The notes under the pieces: model-generated
What the model saw: only the letters and a program-made list of their open reading frames with translations
What the model was told of the DNA's origin: nothing
Database searches by the model: none
Position numbers and translations under genes: made by a program
In this document: piece after piece, positions 8,895-18,728 of the stretch
Layout of the letters: every line of letters starts with the position of its first letter
Position numbering within the stretch: the stretch's first letter is position 1
Assembly: GCA_964504845.1 (NCBI GenBank)
Contig: CAZDGR010000004.1
Coordinates: forward strand, 1 to 38,194
Source of the DNA: an uncultured Rhizobium sp.
GTDB taxonomy: Bacteria; Pseudomonadota; Alphaproteobacteria; SHVZ01
DNA length: 38,194 nt
Reading direction: 5' to 3'

Positions 8895-10097
8895 GTGAGC
8901 GACGCGGGACGCGTCCTGCCGCGCCTGGGCGTCCGCTGGGCCTTCACCGACTTTTCGGGCTGGGGCGTCTTCGGGACCAACCTTGCGCGCGACCTCGCTC
9001 GCCGTGGGCTCGCCGATCCGGTCCCGCTTTACCTCGACGATCTCCTGACCGACGAAACCAAGGACGATCCGCTTCTTGCCCCCGCACTCACGGCCCAGCG
9101 CGAGATGGCGCCGCGCCTGGCGGCGGAGCAGCCGGTTCATCTGGATTTCCCAGTCCTTCATGGCCTCGGAAACGGGCTCGCCGCCGGCCGGCTGAGCGAG
9201 CGCGTTTTCGGAAAGCCTGATATCGGCATGGTCTTCCTCGAGGACACGCGCCCTGGCGCCGCCGCATCGCTGGCCGCTCGCTACCACCTGCTGCTCGCCG
9301 GATCAGCCTGGAACGGCGACGTGCTGCGCGGATTCGGCATCGACCGCGTTACGGTCTGTCCGCAAGGCGTGGATACCGTCCTGTTTCGCCCGCAACCGCG
9401 CCGGGGCGTCTTCGGCAATCGCTTCACCGTCTTCAGCGGCGGTAAGCTTGAGTTTCGCAAAGGCCAGGACATCGTCATCGCGGCCTTCCGGATCTTCCAC
9501 GCCCGGCATCCCGACGCGCTGCTCCTAACCGCCTGGGCCTCTCCCTTCCCCGACGCCGCAGCAGACCTCGTGCATTCGCCGCATCGCACCGGCGCTCCGG
9601 CAGCGGCCGACAGCCCCGAAGCCGTCTCCCGCTGGCTGGCTCAAAACGGCGTCCCGCTGGACAGCATGGCGCTGCTGCCGGCGGTCTCGAACGGCTCCCT
9701 GGCACCCTGGCTCAGCGAGGTCGATGCCGCTGTCTTCGTCAGCCGGGCAGAGGGCGGCACCAATCTGGCGGCCATGGAAGCGCTTGCCTGCGGCGTGCCG
9801 ACCATCCTTTCGGCCAACACCGGGCACCGTGATCTCATCGCATCGGTTCCCTGCCTCGCCCTCGACTGCCAGGCGCTCGTCACACCAAATCCTGCCGCCG
9901 CCGGAACCGACGGTTGGGGCGAGACCGACCCTATGGCGGTGGTCGAGGCGCTCGAACGGCTCTATGCGCGCCGGGAAGAGGCGAGGGCGATCGGCCGCGA
10001 CGCGGCCACTGCGATGGCCGCAACGTGGTCCTGGCCACGGCGCATCGATGGCATTCTTGCTGCGCTTGCCGCAGTCGGCGCTTGGCCGCCCGCATGA
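8895..10097 (+). CDS. GT4 family (GT-B) glycosyltransferase
   Basis: GVDTVLFRP, FSGGKLEFRKGQD and the EX7E motif EGGTNLAAMEALACGVP. Confidence 0.85.
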   Translation: MSDAGRVLPRLGVRWAFTDFSGWGVFGTNLARDLARRGLADPVPLYLDDLLTDETKDDPLLAPALTAQREMAPRLAAEQPVHLDFPVLHGLGNGLAAGRLSERVFGKPDIGMVFLEDTRPGAAASLAARYHLLLAGSAWNGDVLRGFGIDRVTVCPQGVDTVLFRPQPRRGVFGNRFTVFSGGKLEFRKGQDIVIAAFRIFHARHPDALLLTAWASPFPDAAADLVHSPHRTGAPAAADSPEAVSRWLAQNGVPLDSMALLPAVSNGSLAPWLSEVDAAVFVSRAEGGTNLAAMEALACGVPTILSANTGHRDLIASVPCLALDCQALVTPNPAAAGTDGWGETDPMAVVEALERLYARREEARAIGRDAATAMAATWSWPRRIDGILAALAAVGAWPPA

Positions 10098-12322
10098 GCA
10101 CCGACGCCGGGACACGGCTCGACCAGCTCTATGGAGAAGCCCTCGAAAGAGCCGCCCAAGGGGAGCTTGCCGGCGCCGGCGGCTTGCTGCGGCGCGTTGC
10201 GGCCTACAGCCCCTCCCTGCCGGAACCGATCATGGCACTCGGCGCGCTGGCGCTCCGCGGCGGCAACGCAACGCCCGCGCTGCGCTTTCTGGCGCGAGCG
10301 CTCGGAGTGGATCCGCTCAATCCTCACGGTCTCTACAATCGGGCCTTGGCGTTGGAGGCCCTGGGCCGCGAGCCGGACGCGAGCGCGAACCTTCGCCGTG
10401 CGTTGGCGAGCGCGCCGGGCTTCGCCGCCGTGCAGGGCGCCCTCGGCCGCGCCGAGCTTCGTTCGAGCAACGTGGCGCCAGCAGCACTCCGGTTGCGCCG
10501 CGCCCTCGCCTCCACGCCACGGGATCCGGATCTCCACATTGACCTCGGGCACGCGCTGCGCGCGGCCGGCCAGCATATCGCGGCGATCGCCAGGTATCGC
10601 GAAGGCGCACGCCTTGCGACGGACGCGGCCGGCCCATTGATCAATCTCGGTGCCAGCCTGGTCGAGGGCGGGCACCTGGCGGAGGCGGCGACGATCTGCC
10701 GCCGGGCGCTGGCCCTGGCGCCGACATCCGCCGATGCGTTCTACAACATGGCCAAGGCCGAATCCGACGGCGACCGCAGCGGCTCGCTCGTCCGCGCCCT
10801 CGCGATCGACCCCAGCTTCGCCGCCGCGCATCTCGATCTCGGCGTATGCAGACATGCACAGGATCGCTTGCCGGATGCGCTGGCCCACTACCGGACCGCC
10901 GCGGCGCTGGATCCTGGCCTGGCCAAGGCGCCGCACAATACCGGCGCACTCCTGATGCAGCGGGGTCTCACGCTTCAGGCAGAGCCCTTGTTTCGCCGTG
11001 CGATCGTGCTCGACCCGGCCAGCCCGGCGCTGATGAGCGATCTTCTGTTCTGCCTCTGCTTCCTCGAGACGCCCGACCTGGACGCCGTCTTCGCCGAGCA
11101 TCGACGCTTCGACCGTCGCTTCGCCTGCAAAGGAACCGCCCCACCCGCCTTCAGCAATGGCCGCGATCCCGATCGGGTACTGCGTATCGGCTATGTCTCC
11201 TCGAACCTTCACCGCCACCCGGTGGGCCACGCGCTGCTCGGCCTCTTCGAGCACCGCGATCGCCGGAAGATCGAGATCACCGCCTATGCAGGCCCATCCC
11301 CGGTCGACGAAATGACTTGCCGCCTGCGGATGTCGGCCGATCGCTGGATCGACACAGACCGCATGCCGGACGAGGTTCTCGCCGCAACTGTGCGGCAGCA
11401 CGAGATCGACATTCTGGTCGATTGCATCGGACACCTGCCGCAAGGACGGCTGCTGGCCTTCGCCCGACGGGCAGCGCCGATCCAGATCGGCTTTCCGGTC
11501 TACCCCAACACCACCGGGCTGACCGAAATGGACTATCGCATCGCCGACGCTGAGGTCGCCCCACCCTCAACCGATCGTCATCACGTTGAACGCCTGATCA
11601 GGCTTCCTGACGTCTATGCCTGCTATCGTCCGGCCGCAGACGACGTCATCCCGCCGGCCCTGCCGCCGGTGGATCGGGCGGGGGTCTTCACCTTCGCTTC
11701 CTTCAACAATCCGGCGAAGCTGGGAAACGCTGTCCTCTCGGCCTGGGCGGAAATCCTCAGGCTCGTGCCGAACGCGCGCCTGATCCTGAAGTGGCGAGGA
11801 CTCGACGTGAGTTCCGCGCCCGTCGTCGAGCTGCGTCGCCTGGGGGTGGCGCCCGAGCGGATTGTCGTCGCCGGCTGGTCAGCCAATGCCTATTCTCCCT
11901 ATCTCGACGTCGACTGCTGCCTCGATCCCTTCGTCAATGGCGGGAATACCACCTACGACGCGCTTTGGATGGGTGTGCCCGTCCTCACTTTGCGCGGACG
12001 CCATCTCTTTGCCCGAGTCGGAGCAAGCCTCCTTGCCCAGGTCGGGCTCCGCGAACTGGCCGTCGACAACGTCGGTGCCTACATCGGCACCGCCATCGCC
12101 CTCGCCGGCGATCGCGACCGGCTCCGACGGATCCGCCATCACCTCAGGGAGCGCGTCGCGGCTTCCCCGCTTACCGACGGCCGGCGCTATGCCGGGCATG
12201 TCGGCTCGGCGTACCGGGCAGTCTGGCGGCGCTGGTGCGATGGCCTGGCCCCGGCAGCTCTGACGATGGATACAGATGGCGGGATTGCGTGGTCGCCGAC
12301 AAATGCGCCGGTGCGCTTTTGA
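10094..12322 (+). CDS. TPR-repeat GT41 glycosyltransferase (SPINDLY-like)
   Basis: ATG 10094 overlaps the upstream TGA. Many TPRs, then GYVSSNLHRHPVG, YPNTTGL, FASFNNPAKL and NTTYDALWMGVP. Confidence 0.9.
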   Translation: MSTDAGTRLDQLYGEALERAAQGELAGAGGLLRRVAAYSPSLPEPIMALGALALRGGNATPALRFLARALGVDPLNPHGLYNRALALEALGREPDASANLRRALASAPGFAAVQGALGRAELRSSNVAPAALRLRRALASTPRDPDLHIDLGHALRAAGQHIAAIARYREGARLATDAAGPLINLGASLVEGGHLAEAATICRRALALAPTSADAFYNMAKAESDGDRSGSLVRALAIDPSFAAAHLDLGVCRHAQDRLPDALAHYRTAAALDPGLAKAPHNTGALLMQRGLTLQAEPLFRRAIVLDPASPALMSDLLFCLCFLETPDLDAVFAEHRRFDRRFACKGTAPPAFSNGRDPDRVLRIGYVSSNLHRHPVGHALLGLFEHRDRRKIEITAYAGPSPVDEMTCRLRMSADRWIDTDRMPDEVLAATVRQHEIDILVDCIGHLPQGRLLAFARRAAPIQIGFPVYPNTTGLTEMDYRIADAEVAPPSTDRHHVERLIRLPDVYACYRPAADDVIPPALPPVDRAGVFTFASFNNPAKLGNAVLSAWAEILRLVPNARLILKWRGLDVSSAPVVELRRLGVAPERIVVAGWSANAYSPYLDVDCCLDPFVNGGNTTYDALWMGVPVLTLRGRHLFARVGASLLAQVGLRELAVDNVGAYIGTAIALAGDRDRLRRIRHHLRERVAASPLTDGRRYAGHVGSAYRAVWRRWCDGLAPAALTMDTDGGIAWSPTNAPVRF

Positions 12323-12440
12323 ATACTTGCCGGTGCGCCTTGATGTATCATTGCCGCTGCCCGCGCCGCTGCGGTACACGTGCCCGGCAGCACCGGCTCG
12401 AACGGCCGGACAGGCCCCCTCAGTAGCCAGGACGGTGTCC

Positions 12441-13628
12441 GTGTCGCTTCAATCCTGCAGCCGTTGCGTGATGCCGGAAACGGCTGAAACCCTTTCCTTC
12501 AGCCAGGAGGGAGTCTGCTCCGTCTGCCGGCAGATCGAGGTCAAGCAGACCGTCGTCGACTGGAGCGAACGCGGCCAGGAGCTTCAGCGCATCGCCGAGT
12601 CCGTGCGCGGCAAGGGCGACTACGACTGCATCGTGCCGTTCTCCGGCGGCAAGGACTCGACCTACACGCTCTGGTACGTGGTCAAGGAACTGAAGCTGAA
12701 GCCGCTCGTGGTTCGCTTCGACCACGGCTTCCTCAGGCCAACGGTCATCGACAACAGCCTCAAGACCTTCCGCATGCTCGGCGTTGACGTGCACCACTTC
12801 ACGCCGAACTGGCAAGTAGTGCGCAAGTTGATGTTCGAGTCGCTGCGTCGCCGGGGAGATTTCTGCTGGCACTGCCACACCGGCATCTACTCCTACCCGA
12901 TGTGGGTCGCGACCTGGCAGTCGATCCCGCTGATCATCTGGGGCGAGCCCTCGGCCGAGTATGCGTCGTTCTACAAGTACGACGAGATCGAGGTGCACGA
13001 CGAGGAGCGCTACAACCTCATCATCAATCTCGGGATCAATCCCGAGGACATGCAGGGCATGCTCGACGACTCGATCTCGCCCTATCCGGTCACCGCCCGC
13101 GACCTCAAGCCCTACGCGATGCCGCCGATGGCGCTGCTCAAGGAAAAGGGCGTCAGGCAGATGTTCCTCGGCAACTACGTTCCCTGGGACGTCCGCAAGC
13201 AGGTCGACATCATCAAGCAGGACCTGGACTGGAAGGGCGACCAGGTCGAAGGGATTCCTCCGGACTACGACTACGAGAAGATCGAGTGCTTTCTCCAGGG
13301 CGTGCGCGACTACATCAAGTTTCTGAAGCGCGGCTTCGGGCGCACCGCGCATCTGGCCTCGATCGACATCCGCAACGGGCGGATGTCGAGAGAGAAGGGG
13401 GCCGAGCTGGTCGCGACCTATGACGGGCGCCGGCCGCCGTCGCTCGATCTCTTCCTTGAGTTCCTCGGCATCGACGAGCCGAGATTCATGGAGATCGTCG
13501 CACCCCACGTCGTTCATCCCCATGAGATGCCGACGCTCGAGGAGGTCAAGGCCTCCGCACAGAACTGGCGCACCTGGGACTACGAGCAGTGGTCCCGCGC
13601 CGGCAGAACGGCCAAGACCGAGGTCTGA
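12441..13628 (+). CDS. N-acetyl sugar amidotransferase (PseA/WbuX/AglA-like)
   Basis: N-terminal CxxC...CxxC (CSRCVMPET, CSVC), PP-loop SGGKDS, CWHCH, GEPSAEY and KRGFGR...SIDIRNG. GTG start at 12441 (or 12435) follows AGGA. Confidence 0.9.
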   Translation: MSLQSCSRCVMPETAETLSFSQEGVCSVCRQIEVKQTVVDWSERGQELQRIAESVRGKGDYDCIVPFSGGKDSTYTLWYVVKELKLKPLVVRFDHGFLRPTVIDNSLKTFRMLGVDVHHFTPNWQVVRKLMFESLRRRGDFCWHCHTGIYSYPMWVATWQSIPLIIWGEPSAEYASFYKYDEIEVHDEERYNLIINLGINPEDMQGMLDDSISPYPVTARDLKPYAMPPMALLKEKGVRQMFLGNYVPWDVRKQVDIIKQDLDWKGDQVEGIPPDYDYEKIECFLQGVRDYIKFLKRGFGRTAHLASIDIRNGRMSREKGAELVATYDGRRPPSLDLFLEFLGIDEPRFMEIVAPHVVHPHEMPTLEEVKASAQNWRTWDYEQWSRAGRTAKTEV

Positions 13629-14254
13629 TGCGCCTCTCGATCGTCGACTGCGGCGTCAACAACCTCGCTTCGGTCAGCAATGCGGTGGCTGCCGCGGGAT
13701 TCACGCCTGAAGTCGTGACCGAGCCCGAACAGATCCTCGCCGCCGACCGCCTGGTGCTGCCAGGGATCGGCGCCGCAGCCGAGGCGCTGAGCCGCCTGCG
13801 ATCGCGCAACCTCGATCACGCCCTGGACGAAGCGGTGCGCAAGCGCGGCAGGCCGCTGCTCGGCATCTGCCTCGGCATGCAGATGCTGGCCGAGAGGCTT
13901 CTCGAGTACGGCGAGCACGTCGGACTCGGCTGGATCGCCGGCGATGTCGTCGCGCTGGACGCTATTGACGGCTTCGCCGAGCGGTCGCCGCACATGGGCT
14001 GGAACACGATCGACGTCGCGGAGACGGCCGATGTCCTGCTCGGCAGGCCGCGCGGCGAGCGCAGCTACTATTTTTGCCACTCCTACACGCTCGTGACCCC
14101 GGACTCCGACAGCGTCATCGCCACGACGGATCATGGCCGATCGTTGGTGGCGGCGATCCGCTTCGGCAGCGTCGTCGCTACCCAGTTCCACCCTGAGCGC
14201 AGTCACGTCAACGGCGCCCGGCTTTTCGCCGCCTTCGGGGCATGGGCGCCATGA
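13628..14254 (+). CDS. hisH: HisH-like glutamine amidotransferase subunit (HisH2/WbuY type)
   Basis: NNLASV, LVLPGIG, GICLGMQ (catalytic Cys), HMGWN, YFCHSY and QFHPE. ATG overlaps the upstream TGA. Confidence 0.92.
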   Translation: MRLSIVDCGVNNLASVSNAVAAAGFTPEVVTEPEQILAADRLVLPGIGAAAEALSRLRSRNLDHALDEAVRKRGRPLLGICLGMQMLAERLLEYGEHVGLGWIAGDVVALDAIDGFAERSPHMGWNTIDVAETADVLLGRPRGERSYYFCHSYTLVTPDSDSVIATTDHGRSLVAAIRFGSVVATQFHPERSHVNGARLFAAFGAWAP

Positions 14255-15024
14255 GCGTCCGCCGGCGGCTGATCCCGAGCCTGCTGCTTCGGCGTGGCCG
14301 GCTGGTGAAGGGCGTCCGCTACGCCGAGCATCGGGATGCCGGGCATCCCGTCGGTACCGCTCGCGCCCACAATGCCCAGGGCGCGGATGAGCTGGCTCTG
14401 ATCGACATCGACGCCGCGCGCGAGGGGCGGGCGCCCGATCTCGATACGCTTCGCGCCGTCGCTGCGGTCACCTTCGTGCCGCTGACCTTCGCCGGTGGCG
14501 TCACAGATACCGACGTCGCACGGGCCTGCATCGCCGGCGGCGCCGACAAGGTGATGGTAACCGCTGCGGCGCTCGAACGTCCCACCCTGATCGACGAGCT
14601 GGCGCACGTGCTCGGCGTCCAGGCCGTGGTGCTCGGCCTCGATCTCGTACGCGATGGCGACGGCGGGTATCTTCTTTACGATCATTGCCGCCAAGTCGCT
14701 CTCAAGGATCGTGGCTGGAGGTCCTGGGTGAAAGAGGCCGAGTCCCGCGGCGTCGGAGAGATCCGCGCCATGGCGGTCGACCGGGAAGGGTCGCGCACAG
14801 GCCTTGATCTCGCCCTCCATGCCGAGATTGCGCACCTGACGCGCCTGCCGATCATCCTCGAAGGAGGGGCCGGTACCCTGAAGCATCTGGACGAAGCCTT
14901 CGCCGCGGACGTGATGGGAATCAGCCTCGGGACCATGCTGGTTTTCTCGGACAACAACATCTTCAAGCTGAAACAATTTCTCGGCGCGCGCGGCCATCTG
15001 GTCCGCCGTCTGGAGAGTGTGTGA
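14251..15024 (+). CDS. hisF: HisF-like cyclase-fold subunit (HisF2/WbuZ type)
   Basis: LIPSLLL..GRLVKG, GADELALIDIDA, VPLTFAGGV, GADKV, GVGEI, DREG and GGAG. ATGA overlap with hisH. Confidence 0.88.
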   Translation: MSVRRRLIPSLLLRRGRLVKGVRYAEHRDAGHPVGTARAHNAQGADELALIDIDAAREGRAPDLDTLRAVAAVTFVPLTFAGGVTDTDVARACIAGGADKVMVTAAALERPTLIDELAHVLGVQAVVLGLDLVRDGDGGYLLYDHCRQVALKDRGWRSWVKEAESRGVGEIRAMAVDREGSRTGLDLALHAEIAHLTRLPIILEGGAGTLKHLDEAFAADVMGISLGTMLVFSDNNIFKLKQFLGARGHLVRRLESV

Positions 15025-15028
15025 CGCG

Positions 15029-15568
15029 ATGCGCCTCGATCGACCTATCGTCACCTCCCGACTGACGCTACAGGTTCTCGACGAGGCGGCGGCGAGTGGA
15101 CCATATCTGGCATGGATGCGGGATCCGGACGTTCTGCGCTTCCTTGAGGCGCGTCACGGGAAGCATGACGCGCAGTCCCTGGCGGCCTTCATCCGCTCGG
15201 CCAACAACAGCGAGGACGCCCTGCTTCTCGGCATCTTCGAGCGTTCGACCGTCCGCCATATCGGGAACATCAAACTCGGGCCCATCGATCGCCCCAACCG
15301 CCGTGGCGAAATCGGGATCATGATCGGCGAGCGCATCTGCTGGGGTCACGGGTACGCCCGCGAAGCTATCGAGGCCCTAGCCGATTACGCCTTCAACGTA
15401 CTCTGTCTGCATAAGCTGACGGCGGGCTATCTGGCGCCGAACTCGGCATCGGGCAGAGCGTTCGAAGCAGTCGGCTTCATCATCGAGGCCCGTTATGCAC
15501 AGCATTTCCTGCTGGATGACACCTGGGTCGATGGCGTGCGCATTGCTCGCTTCGCCCCGGTCCGTTAA
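15029..15568 (+). CDS. GNAT (RimJ/RimL-like; PseH-like) N-acetyltransferase
   Basis: RLTLQ, HIGNIKLGPID, GEIGIMIGER..WGHGYAREAI and N.AS.RAFEAVGF. Confidence 0.85.
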   Translation: MRLDRPIVTSRLTLQVLDEAAASGPYLAWMRDPDVLRFLEARHGKHDAQSLAAFIRSANNSEDALLLGIFERSTVRHIGNIKLGPIDRPNRRGEIGIMIGERICWGHGYAREAIEALADYAFNVLCLHKLTAGYLAPNSASGRAFEAVGFIIEARYAQHFLLDDTWVDGVRIARFAPVR

Positions 15569-17454
15569 CGGCCGATCGAGGCGGTCGCTTCACGCAGGCG
15601 CGTCGCAATCGCGGTTCGAAACGCCTCGCGGCTGAAACGCCGGCGTGCCTCGCGGGTTGTTGCCTCGATCTGTCTGTGCCGCTCGCCTTCCGGCAAGCGA
15701 TGCGCCCCTTCGATCGCCGCCTCGATCTCTTCCAGGCTGCAGGTCTCCAGTATGATGCCGCAGCCCGGCGGTAAATCGATCCCGCATTGTCGGGAAAGGA
15801 TCGGAAAGAGCCCCGCCTGCATGCAGGTGATCGCCGAAGTCGACTGCCCTTCGCTTGCCGACGGCGCGACAAACCCTATGCAGGCGGCGGTCAAGCAGGC
15901 GAAGTCGAACGATACCGGCGACATCGAGCCGAGCACCCTGATCGTGCCTGACCGGCTTATGCGATCGCCGTAGGTCGTCCGAAACCACGCCTCGTCTGCA
16001 GCGGGCCCCACGACATCAAGCCGCCAGTCTGGACGCCTGAGAAAGACCTCCACAACCCGGTCGAGGCCCTTCAGTGCCGCACCGTGACCTGAAAACCAGA
16101 GCCACCGTCGCGGGTCCACGGTGGTTCGGCTTGCGTCCGGTTGCCGAAGAGGGGCGCCCGACGGCGACACCAGCCGTATCTTGTCCTGCATCGCCGCTTC
16201 ATAGGTCGCGCGAGTCACATTGTTGCCGAAGAGCCAACACTCGTCGGCCAGGCGAAGGGAGGCGATCTCGCCCGCGACGTCGCCGAGGCTGCGCACCGGC
16301 GGCGCCGTCACCCCTGTTCGCTGCTTTAGCTCTCGAAGGCGCCGAGCCTCCTGCTCATTCTGGAAGTCTGGACTACTGCCGGTGAGCAGCATGATTTTGC
16401 GGCAGTCAACGCGCAGGCGGGGCGCATGACGGCTGAGCGCGCTGTGCAGGCAGAAGACACCGTCATAGGTCTCAGGGTTCGCCCATGCATCGAACAGACC
16501 CGTCAGGTCGACGGCAAAACCATGTTCGAGAAGCATGCGGGCAATGACCCGGCTTTCCCACTGATTGCTGTGGCGGGAAAACCGTTCGTCAGTTTCAGGT
16601 AGGAGCACGCCGCCGGCGTTATAGCCGAACAGGAATACGCCCCTTTTCCGACGATCGAGCGGCGACAGACGCGTGACGTCCCCGATCTTCTCGACGCCGA
16701 TCCTGCCAATGCCAGGGACATCGAGACGTTCCGGTGGATCGTTCGTGAGGATGTGGATCGTCGCAGCGTAGGCCGCGCGGCTGCCGATGCTTGCCGGATC
16801 GGCCGCGAGATCGGCATGGAAAGAGGTGGCCGCTTCCTCGAGATGACCCGTCGCGACCAATGCAAGCCCGCGATCGAAGTCGTCGGACACCCCAATAGGC
16901 CTCTGCGCCTTCGTCCGACATAATGTGTCGATCGCTTTCAGGAGACTGCGGGCGACGTCAATCAGCTCCGGCCGACCGTGAAGCAAGGTCCGTAGGCGCC
17001 GGCTGACCGCACCAGCCTTTCCTGCCGCGATGCGCAAGGCTGCGTGCTGAAGTTCGTGCCCCAGGTTCGGCACCAGCGCACAGACACGTCCGAGGCCGAC
17101 CCCGTCGTCGTTCGTGTCTAGTTGGCGCCGCAGGTTCCAGCCTTGAACCGCCTGCGGCGACAGCGCGAGTCCGCGCCGCACGGTGCGGCCCACCTCGGCG
17201 ATCCGACCTTTGGAGAGTTGTAGCGCTGCGAGGTTGAGACAAGCGGCGCCGTCGACTTCCGCCCAAACAGCACGACGAAACATGGCGAGCGCCAGCTCGC
17301 CAAGCTCGAGGCTGACAAGCGCTATTCCCAGAAGCTGGAAACCTGCGCCATTGCCAGGCGAGACCGACAGCGCGCTGCGCGCCAAGCGGACCGCACGCCA
17401 ATGTTCCCCTGATCGGAGGGCCGCCTCTACTTCGCCTATCTTGTCACCGATCAA
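15565..17454 (-). CDS. Degenerate-TPR + GT-B (GT4-like) glycosyltransferase
   Basis: TPR-like N-half. C-half carries HSNQWES, LLTGSSP, WFSGHGAALKGLD and PSASEGQSTSAITCMQAGL. Confidence 0.75.
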   Translation of the reverse strand: MIGDKIGEVEAALRSGEHWRAVRLARSALSVSPGNGAGFQLLGIALVSLELGELALAMFRRAVWAEVDGAACLNLAALQLSKGRIAEVGRTVRRGLALSPQAVQGWNLRRQLDTNDDGVGLGRVCALVPNLGHELQHAALRIAAGKAGAVSRRLRTLLHGRPELIDVARSLLKAIDTLCRTKAQRPIGVSDDFDRGLALVATGHLEEAATSFHADLAADPASIGSRAAYAATIHILTNDPPERLDVPGIGRIGVEKIGDVTRLSPLDRRKRGVFLFGYNAGGVLLPETDERFSRHSNQWESRVIARMLLEHGFAVDLTGLFDAWANPETYDGVFCLHSALSRHAPRLRVDCRKIMLLTGSSPDFQNEQEARRLRELKQRTGVTAPPVRSLGDVAGEIASLRLADECWLFGNNVTRATYEAAMQDKIRLVSPSGAPLRQPDASRTTVDPRRWLWFSGHGAALKGLDRVVEVFLRRPDWRLDVVGPAADEAWFRTTYGDRISRSGTIRVLGSMSPVSFDFACLTAACIGFVAPSASEGQSTSAITCMQAGLFPILSRQCGIDLPPGCGIILETCSLEEIEAAIEGAHRLPEGERHRQIEATTREARRRFSREAFRTAIATRLREATASIGR

Positions 17455-17460
17455 AGGTGA

Positions 17461-18645
17461 TCACCCGCGACGATGCCAGGCTACGAGGCGATCGACCACG
17501 GCCTTGGCGCCGTTCTCCGCATCCCAAGCCCGGGCCAAGCGCCTGGCTTCTGCGGCGCGGGCCGGAAGGTCTGCGATCGCGCGACGTATCGCTGCGTCAA
17601 CAGCCTCCGGAGTCCACTCACAGAATGTCACCGGCTCCCCGCCTAGCCGCCGGACGGAAGCGCTCATCCACGTGTCCTCCGGCACGACGACAACCCGGCC
17701 GGCAGACAGCGCTTCACAAAAGACCGCCGAACTGGCGATGCGGTACGCCGAGGCGAGATAAGGCAGACAGACGATATCGGCCGCATCCAGGAGGCGGCGA
17801 TAGGCCGATGGATCCAATGATCCTTCGATGAGAGCGGTATCGCTTCCGGCCGTCGCGAACCGTCGCACTTCGGCAATCTGCCCGGTCGCGCTGAGGCTTT
17901 CTCCGGTATCGAATGTCTGTATTGCCAGCCGATAGGACCGATCGCCGGCGCGCGCGAGTTCGCACAGCCTCGGCAGCAGGTGGAAACCCTTCATGTATCG
18001 TGCGTCGCCGAAGTAGCCGACGACGGGCCTATCTGTCGGCGGTGGGCGATGCTCGGGCGAGGGCACAGTGAAGGGCAGGGGCAAGGTCGCAAAGTCGAGC
18101 CCGAGCGTCGCGCGGTGAACCTCCGCATTCTCCTCGGTCTCGCAGCAAAGCACGGCCGGGCGAGCCGTCGTCGACAGCACCAGCGCAGGAACTTTCAGCC
18201 GCGGACCCTCGCCTGCGTAGGCATCCAGATCGTAGCGAAACAGACAGACCAAGGTCGGCAGCGACGGTCCCGCGATCAGCGACAGCCATTGCGCGAGGCC
18301 GACGATCTGCCGCGACGTGGTGGCGGGTACGAAGACCAGCGTCCCGGGACCGAGCTCGGCGGTCAGCGGGACGAGATCGCGGTGGAAAACCGCGTTGAGC
18401 GCAATATGCGTCCAGGCCGCACCGACTTCGGCGTCGCCAGGAATGTCATTCAGAACTGCCCGGCCGAGCGTGGTGAAATGTCCAACGGCACCGATAGCTT
18501 CGGCGACTGCCGGCTCGATGCCGCGATAGGCGAAAATCCGCGTCTCGATGCCGCGCGCGCGGGCCTCCCTCGCGATGCCCTCGAGATAGTTGAAGTTGTG
18601 ACCGCTGAACGTCGCCAGATCGGGATCGAGAACGACGAGCTTCAC
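17461..18645 (-). CDS. GT-B (GT4-like) glycosyltransferase
   Basis: Likely start GTG 18645 (VKLVVLDPDLATFSGHNFNY), since the ORF-track start overlaps the upstream gene. Motifs YFGDARYMKGF, ADIVCLPY and YRIASSAVFCEAL. Confidence 0.8.
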   Translation of the reverse strand: MKLVVLDPDLATFSGHNFNYLEGIAREARARGIETRIFAYRGIEPAVAEAIGAVGHFTTLGRAVLNDIPGDAEVGAAWTHIALNAVFHRDLVPLTAELGPGTLVFVPATTSRQIVGLAQWLSLIAGPSLPTLVCLFRYDLDAYAGEGPRLKVPALVLSTTARPAVLCCETEENAEVHRATLGLDFATLPLPFTVPSPEHRPPPTDRPVVGYFGDARYMKGFHLLPRLCELARAGDRSYRLAIQTFDTGESLSATGQIAEVRRFATAGSDTALIEGSLDPSAYRRLLDAADIVCLPYLASAYRIASSAVFCEALSAGRVVVVPEDTWMSASVRRLGGEPVTFCEWTPEAVDAAIRRAIADLPARAAEARRLARAWDAENGAKAVVDRLVAWHRRG

Positions 18646-18728
18646 TCTGCAGCCCTTCGAGATTTCCGCATCACAATCTCCGTGCTTCCTAGGCGAGGCA
18701 AGGGATTTGGTCCCCCGGCAGAAGGTCC

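Noticed and set aside
9962-11443. 493-aa - strand ORF (likewise 428-1372, 3680-4606, 12420-13523, 14203-15054 and 21696-22673)
   Set aside because: All lie antisense to genes with clear family motifs.
12323-12440. Possible sigma70 promoter before the amidotransferase (TTGCCG-N17-GTACAC)
   Set aside because: The match is too weak to support without transcription start data.
13628-15024. hisH/hisF as a histidine biosynthesis operon
   Set aside because: No other his genes are present, the pair is coupled to a sugar amidotransferase, and HisF lacks the first catalytic Asp.
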